In this document: in pieces, positions 57,355-64,000 of the stretch | Position numbering within the stretch: position 1 is the stretch's first letter | Layout of the letters: every line of letters begins with the position of its first letter | Assembly (NCBI GenBank): GCA_951406725.2 | Contig: OX597824.1 | Coordinates: 57,474,001-57,538,000, forward strand | Direction of reading: 5' to 3' | From: Octopus vulgaris | Lineage: Eukaryota | DNA: 64,000 bases | Translations under genes and position numbers: made by a program | The notes under the pieces: model-generated | Seen by the model: only the letters and a program-made list of their open reading frames with translations | Told to the model about the DNA's origin: nothing | Databases searched by the model: none

Positions 57355-59435
57355 TAATGTGTGCATTATGTGGTCGGTTGAGCTGAAAATATGCACACTT
57401 ATGTTAAAAGTGCTGACGAGTTTGCATGGCAACTACTTTTTTCCTTAAATGAAAGGCGTGACCTCTAGGACAAAATTCCTCATCTTATAAAATGTGGCCT
57501 GAGTAGACCCGAATGAAATCGGGTTATATTAACCAAAATGTGAAAAGAGGTCTAAATGGGTCTGGAGGGGGATTAAAATTTACAGGAGCGGGTGTTTAGG
57601 AATTCTCTGTTACATCAAGCTAAAAATTTTGTGCCAGCCTTTAAATCGTCAATGTATTGCCGTCCATGATGAAGAAGTTTTGAATGCTTGCAATGGTGAG
57701 TCTACTGTCGTGAGAAAGAATCACTTCAAAACTTGGTGTTTACGAATTTTCTTTTACATCAAGTTCAATTTTTTTTGTTGCTGTCCGTCGTTAAGAAATG
57801 CCAGCCATGGTGACTCCACTATCCTCAGATTCTATTCCTTCAAACTTTGGTTTCCAATATTTTTTATTTTTATTCAACTCGCAAGTTCGTCTGTCCCTTT
57901 TAAATGTTAGTGTTTTGCCGTCTGCCTTGAAGCAGATCTTTCCGTTGTCACTGCCTGATATTTATGATTGATCTTTCAAAATACTTTTCTTCTCAACTTA
58001 CTCAAGATCTTTTGTTGTTTATAAATGGGAGATAGATAGATAGAGAAAAATAGAGAGTAAGAGAAAGCGAGGGAGAGCCCGAGAGAAATGAAGAGTAAGA
58101 GAGTGGGAAAGTGAGAGAGAAAGGAGAGAGAAACAAAGAGGGAGAATGTGATGATAAAAAACAGAAAGGAAGCAACAGAAAGTAACAACCACAACCTCAC
58201 CCGCGCGTAGAGCGGGTCACCTTAAGCTAGTCAATATCTATTAACCTGAAATGCGAGAAGTTTGTTTGTTTGTCTGGTTTTGGCATTGGAACGGGTTAAA
58301 GGGCACTAGATCTTGTTGGATTGACTCCAAAATTTACAGGGACGTGTAAAATGAGGTTAGGATGTGAGTGGGCTAGAAATCCTTATCTTAAAGGGTGTGG
58401 TTACTAGGGGGAAAAAACGCACACTTTGACAAGTCTTCTCTCATTCTCTTATCTGCCTGTCTTCCTCCGTCTCTCTCTGTTTCCTCCCTTCCCATCACTT
58501 TCTCTCTATAACTACGTTTGACAGCTACTGCTATCTTTCCCCCTTTGAGTTTGCTCAATTGAAAGGTGTGGCCTCTAGGGCAAAATTCTTCATCTTTAAA
58601 GTGTGGCCTGCGTAGACCCGAATGAAATCGAGTTATAATACCGAAACAAATAAAACAATGATAAACTATTTTAATCCCGAGCAAGACCGGGTTTCTCTGC
58701 TATCTATATATATATAAAAGAGGCTTTGGGTCAAAATTGTGTGCACGTTTTGCTACGTCAGAGGTTGGCGGCCACACCAGTGGTCAGATCGAGCTGAAAA
58801 TTGACACAGGCATAGAAGACGTGATGAGGCAGAGAGTTGAGTAGGTTAAAACTCACTCTTCTGGAAAGATGCGGTTGCTATAGTGAGAAGATTTAAGGGG
58901 GCTCTAAGCCCCTCCAGATTGGTGTGATTGGCATCTAATCCTATCTATAAAAGGAAGAAGGCGAACGTAGACACAAATTGGACTTTTATGAAAAAAGGGG
59001 ATGGAAGAGGATTCAATTCTACAGGAGGGGCTAACTTGAGTGGGGAAATTGATTGGGAGACGTTTTGTGGCGCTACAGTGGTTGCTTTGGTGTGAAAACT
59101 TGGATTTTATTGATTTTGGGGGACACTTGGTGGTCTAGATCGGACACCTTTTGCCCGATTTCAATCTAATTTTCAACATGGTAAAGTGGAAGCGGATTTG
59201 TAATTTAAACGCAGAAATCTAATTTTTTTATAAATGGCCGAGAGATAGATAGAGAAAGATAAAGAGTAAGAGAAAGCGAGGGAAAGTCCGAGACAAAGGA
59301 AGAGTAAGAGAGGGGGAAAATGAGAAAGGATAGAGAAACAAAGAGGGAGAATGTGGCGATAAGAAACAGAAAGGAAGCAACAGAAAGTAATAACCACAAC
59401 CTCATCCGCGCGTGGAGCGGGTCACCTTAAGCTAG
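57355..59435 (+). mobile_element. Three head-to-tail non-autonomous Helitrons (~57355-58230, 58237-58703, 58703-59435)
   Basis: 3' ends ccgcgcgtagagcgg..aagCTAG|t, cccgagcaagaccggg..gCTAT and ccgcgcgtggagcgg..aagCTAG|t; 5' TC starts at 58237 and 58703. Confidence 0.8.
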
Positions 59436-59509
59436 TTTATTAATATTTTTAAATACATATTGTACCTGTAAATTTGCGTGTATAATCTGGGAATGCATAC
59501 AATGAGCTT

Positions 59510-60498
59510 TTCTGCCCTAGGTGTACGGAAAACACTTGGCAAGAAAAGGAAGAAAATTTGAAGAAAGAAGGAAAGAAAATAATGATGTCTATGGCTTGGA
59601 TTGACTTTAAGAATGTATATGATATGGTGCCTTATTCTTGGATCGTTGAATGCCTGCATATGTTTTGTGTTGCTGACAACATCACAAATTTTCTGATGCA
59701 TAGCATGAAAGAGTGGAAAACCAAATTGTACTCAAGTAATGTATTCCTTCGAGAAGTTAATATTAATATTAAAAGGAGAACCTTCTCCGTTACTTTTTGT
59801 AATTGCACTAAAACCCATAACAATAACACTTGGGAAAGTTAAGATGGGTTACCAATGGGGGAAGAAAGACCCATCATTGAACCATCTTCTGTTTATGGAT
59901 GACCTGAAAATGTTTAGGAAATCTGAAAAACAGATAGATTCCTGTCCAGAAGTGTGGTAGGGATATCGATATGAAATTTGGGATTACCAAATGCTCAGTA
60001 CTTAATTTGAAAAGAGGGGAGAAAGCAGCCTGCAGAGGATTGCGTTTACCATCAGGAGAGACCATGGGTGAACCCGACGGTAGTGGGTATAGATACTTAG
60101 GGATTTTGGAGCTGGATGTCATTCTACACAGAGAAATGAAAGTTATGGTCAGCGAGGTGTATCAAAAAAGGGTGAAGACGGTGTTGAAATCCAACCTGAA
60201 TGCCAAAAATTTGATTACCGCAATGAATATCTGGGTAATTGTGGTGGTAAGATATAGTGCGTCCATCCTCAAATGGACTAAGGAGGAAATATCAACACTG
60301 GATTGAAGGACGAGAAAGTTGATGACGCTGCATGGGACGCTACACCCTAAAGCAAACGTAAACAGACTGTAAATGAAAAGAAAGAATGGTGGCAGAGGAC
60401 TAATTAGTATAGACCATTGTATAAGGTGTGAAAGGAGAACGCTTGTCGATTATTTGATAAATAGTGAGGAATGACAGCAAGTGATTAAAATAAGACTA

Positions 60499-60500
<2 letters not shown>
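59510..60500 (+). mobile_element. R4/Dong-like RT fragment
   Basis: AWIDFKNVYDMVPYSW, HLLFMDDLK and YRYLGILE. Confidence 0.85.
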
Positions 60501-60577
<77 letters not shown>

Positions 60578-60579
<2 letters not shown>

Positions 60580-61106
60580 CGCCCTGATGCAGTACCAGTC
60601 AGTGGCTCTCATGTCTTCTCATCTTAACTAGTTGGAAGTGTTATCATGTATGTGTTTTGACTTGGTATAAAATTTGGGCTACAGCAAATATTCTGCTTAA
60701 TACTGCAGATTTGCTTATCAGTTGTTTGGCCTTAATCAGTTGAGCATGTCCCCTTGTGACTGACGATATGTGCATCGCTGATCACGAGCAGAGGTAATGG
60801 GGGAACATCATAGCCATGTGTTGATTGGTATTTAGTAGGGTTTGAATAATTCACTCTCAGAAACAAATCTTATTCATGGAACTTTTGAGCGTGATAGGCT
60901 ACTTGACCTGAAGAAAATTCTAACTGGGTCTCATCTGCAAAGTCATGCGCTGTTTATCTTGATATGAGATCACTATGTTGCGCACATATGGTTGTGATGC
61001 ATGTGCCTGGGGTATCCTTATCAGACAGGTAGTCATGATGGGTATATTGAGCTTCATATATTTGTACTACAGTGTCACTTTGATGGCATGCACTGCTCTC
61101 TCACTC
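60578..61106 (+). mobile_element. ~560-bp element, copy 4, (AAT)n on both sides
   Basis: Reverse complement of 37576-38137 with a small internal deletion. Confidence 0.9.
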
Positions 61107-61109
61107 AAA

Positions 61110-61219
<110 letters not shown>

Positions 61220-61259
61220 TAACAACAACAACAATAATAATAATAATTATAGACAATAC

Positions 61260-63100
61260 AAAGGGCGCGATGCGATTGCAAAAGGTATTTTATTGGTTGA
61301 ACAATATTTCGACAGCTAGCGTGTCTTCGTCGAGTTCAAAATGAAAAGTGATAAAAATTCAAAATTATAGAAATTCAATTCTAAAATATGAACGAGAGCA
61401 ACCAGCGTCCCCACGTTGATGGAATGACACCATCAGTCTTCAAATTACAAGTTTACAACTAGCAAAAAGAAAAAGAAAGAAAAAAGAAAAGGAAAGAAAA
61501 AAGAAAAGGAAAAAAGATGAAGAATATTTAATCAAACAGTTTTGTGTAAATATGATGAAATTCTCCTGTCATTTTATTCATTCCTATAGAGCGTGATGTT
61601 AATAACCCGAAAACATATTTCTTCTCATGCATTTTGAGGACTGATTCAGGATATTTTCTGAGAATATGCACTTTCAAGTCTTTTTCAAAATTGCAGCCGT
61701 TTGATGGAAAATGTTCGGCAAGTTCTGTCGAACTACTGTTATTGTGCCTGACATCGAATCTGTACCCATTGAATCTTTTGCTTAAGTGTTCTGTTGTACA
61801 ACCAACATAAATCAAGTTGCGTTTGGCGCATTCTACTACGTACACCAAATGGGAATATCTACACGTCCCATTTCTGCTATGATTCCTGATGGAATTCATT
61901 TGACTTATGTTGTTGCACCATGAATAGGGTTACCTCTCCTGTAGCTATTTTTCAAGGTACGGTGTGCAGAAACTCTTATGTTAGTTTTATTGGAGTCATA
62001 AGTAGAGGTTCATAATTCTCTTATATTTTTATTCCGTCTAAAGACTACTATAGGCAGCTGAGGAAATATTTGTCTGAAACGAGCATATTTCCCCGCAACA
62101 TACTGGTAACTGTCATGTGGCACTTGAAATGCCAGCGAAATTTCGGTGCCAGTTAATCACTAAAGGAATTCTGTCAGATATTTTACTTTGCTAAAGTTAT
62201 GCGTGAAAGTTTGACTTTCGTTACTAAACTTAACTATTTCATTTGCTATTTCTTTTAATCGTGATTCACTGTCATCGCGTTTGACATAATGGGGTACAAA
62301 AGCATTTGCATGTTTCTAGTAATCCTCTATGTCAGTAAAAATCCGTTTGAGCCTAAAACATTGAGATGTGGATGATCGGAGCGGCGATGGAGGCAAATGT
62401 GATGGGCTTGCAAAATAATTCTGTCATTATTCTACCTCCAGAAAACTTAACTTTTGTGTCCAAAAACTAGACGTAAATTTTATGTTGGACTTACAGACAT
62501 TGATTTAGCATAACAATCACAGAAATGCAAGAAGTCAATTAAACTATCTTGTGAACCTTCCCAGACAAAAAGACGTCATCAATGAACCATAACCATGTAG
62601 GGATTTGAATGCCTTCAGTAACTGTGTCTCGAAATTCGCCAGGAAGACATCAGCGAAATTAACTGCCATGGCGATACCCATGGCGCAAACCCTCGTCTGG
62701 TGGTAAAGTTTTTGTCCAAACTTCATGGTAAACCCACTCGACGCACCACGAAATCTCTGCGGGGATGGTAAGAACCCCGACAGAATAAACCTAATACGAC
62801 ATACTGCAGAAAGTTCTCCGGCTCCAACCTTGCTTCATCGGCCGCAAACCCGGGTGCCGTCGCCTGTAATAGTCTTCAGAGAAAATTTGTGGCTGGGTGT
62901 CTTTCTACTCCCTGTCGCAAAACGATCAAGTTCTTATATTCAGGATGCTTTTGTCTTTGTGTCTAAAATGAACAACTTTTTAAAGCACCGAAGTCGTGTT
63001 GAAAACTGATTTTTGGTAACCCTTATATCCAAATAGTGACCATGATGAAGGAGTAGAAGCTTGCATGAATGCCTTCGGAAAACGGTGAAACAAAAGTATT
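61260..63100 (-). mobile_element. Degenerate Penelope-like element (RT, GIY-YIG, 3' hammerhead variant)
   Basis: YHQTRVCAMG..FADVFL; TCRYSHLVYVVEC..IYVGCTT..RFNGYR; hammerhead variant at 61297-61339. Confidence 0.85.
61297..61339 (-). ncRNA. Hammerhead-like variant (TCGACGA / GAAAT-ATT)
   Basis: ttgaac-TCGACGA-a-gaca-cgctagc-tgtc-GAAAT-ATT-gttcaa; perfect 6-bp stem I and 4-bp stem II. Confidence 0.6.
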
Positions 63101-63149
63101 CCATCTAATTTTTTCTGTAGGCTATTGAGGTTTGTGTTATAAAGTAACA

Positions 63150-63672
63150 TGGTTTTTTCTATATGCTCATGGTTTTTTCTACATTCGTGGTATTGTGCAT
63201 AGACCGTCGAGAGTCGAGAGTTCTACTGTGACGATTTGAAGCGTTCGAGGGAGGGCATTCGGCGACAGCGACCGGATTTGTGGAGCGCGAAGAATTGGAT
63301 TCTTTACAACGACAATGCATCCTGTCACCGAGCTCAGCTCACTCGCGAGTATCTCGCTAAAAAAAACATGGTATCGCTTCCGCACCCACCCTATTCGCTA
63401 GATTTAGCACCTGCGGGTTTCCTTCTCTTCCCCAAGATAAAAAAAGGTAGCACAAAGGCCGCCATTTTAACATCGTTGTCGAAATCCAGAGTGAATTGCG
63501 GAAGGTCCTCCACTCACTTACGGAAAACGAATCCCAGGCCGGATTCCAAAAGTGGCAGGAAAGCTGGGACCGGTGTATTGCTATTTCGAATGAGATGACG
63601 TTAAAACTTAGATAAATAAGTTATTCTTACTTAAACATAGCTAGTCCGGGAACCTTGTGATACTACCTCGTA
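63150..63672 (+). mobile_element. mariner (DD34D-like) transposase 3' relic with right TIR
   Basis: WILYNDNASCH..LPHPPYSLDLAP..LFPKIK; ends ..tactacctcg|ta. Confidence 0.85.
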
Positions 63673-63885
63673 TATGAACATATGTAATTTTATGCACACA
63701 CACACGCGCGCCCGCGTGCGCCCATATGATTTTGACATAAGAAAGTGTGAGGAATTGTAACAGTTAGAGGACTTTCCGCCCTTTTTTCACCTATTGTGTG
63801 TGACACAAATAGGACATTGCTCAGACTCCTAGGTTGAAGAAGGGAAGAAAGTGCTCTAACTAAAAATTTCTTCCACCTGTCTTGT

Positions 63886-64000
63886 GGTAAACCCACTCGA
63901 CGCACCACGGAATCTCTGCGGGGATGGTAAGCACCCCGACAGAATAACCCTAATACGACGTACTGCAGAAAGTTCTCCGGCTCCAACCTTGCTTCATCGG
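63886..64000 (-). repeat. Second copy of 62726-62840 (Penelope RT segment), running off the window
   Basis: ~115-bp direct repeat with about 5 mismatches. Confidence 0.85.

Noticed and set aside
60610-60655. Faint U2 snRNA-like words near the 5' end of the 560-bp element (atggcttct..aagtgttatc)
   Set aside because: Only two short gapped matches, with no U2 stem I or intact branch-point pairing sequence; likely chance.

Overview
AT-rich, microsatellite-saturated animal genomic DNA, most likely an octopus or other coleoid cephalopod. That assignment is my recognition of the SINE families, not a database result. I cannot support any host protein-coding exon, and most listed ORFs are translations of (TA)n, (CA)n or (TAA)n tracts. 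The window is a nested patchwork of mobile DNA: (i) a young 5'-truncated CR1/L2-group LINE with an uninterrupted ~770-codon RT frame, whose 3' stem-loop is shared, with covariation, by the abundant CORE-type SINE; (ii) several R4/Dong-like REL-endonuclease LINE families and a ~560-bp non-coding element, nearly all abutting (TAA)n tracts in a fixed orientation; (iii) many Penelope-like (GIY-YIG) remnants and short derivatives carrying about a dozen minimal type I hammerhead ribozyme motifs, one with a tRNA-like Pol III head just upstream; (iv) many fold-back structures, including a perfect 135-bp-arm hairpin; (v) non-autonomous Helitrons, Tc1/mariner relics and a MITE. Coordinates were read by eye, and boundaries of degenerate elements are approximate.
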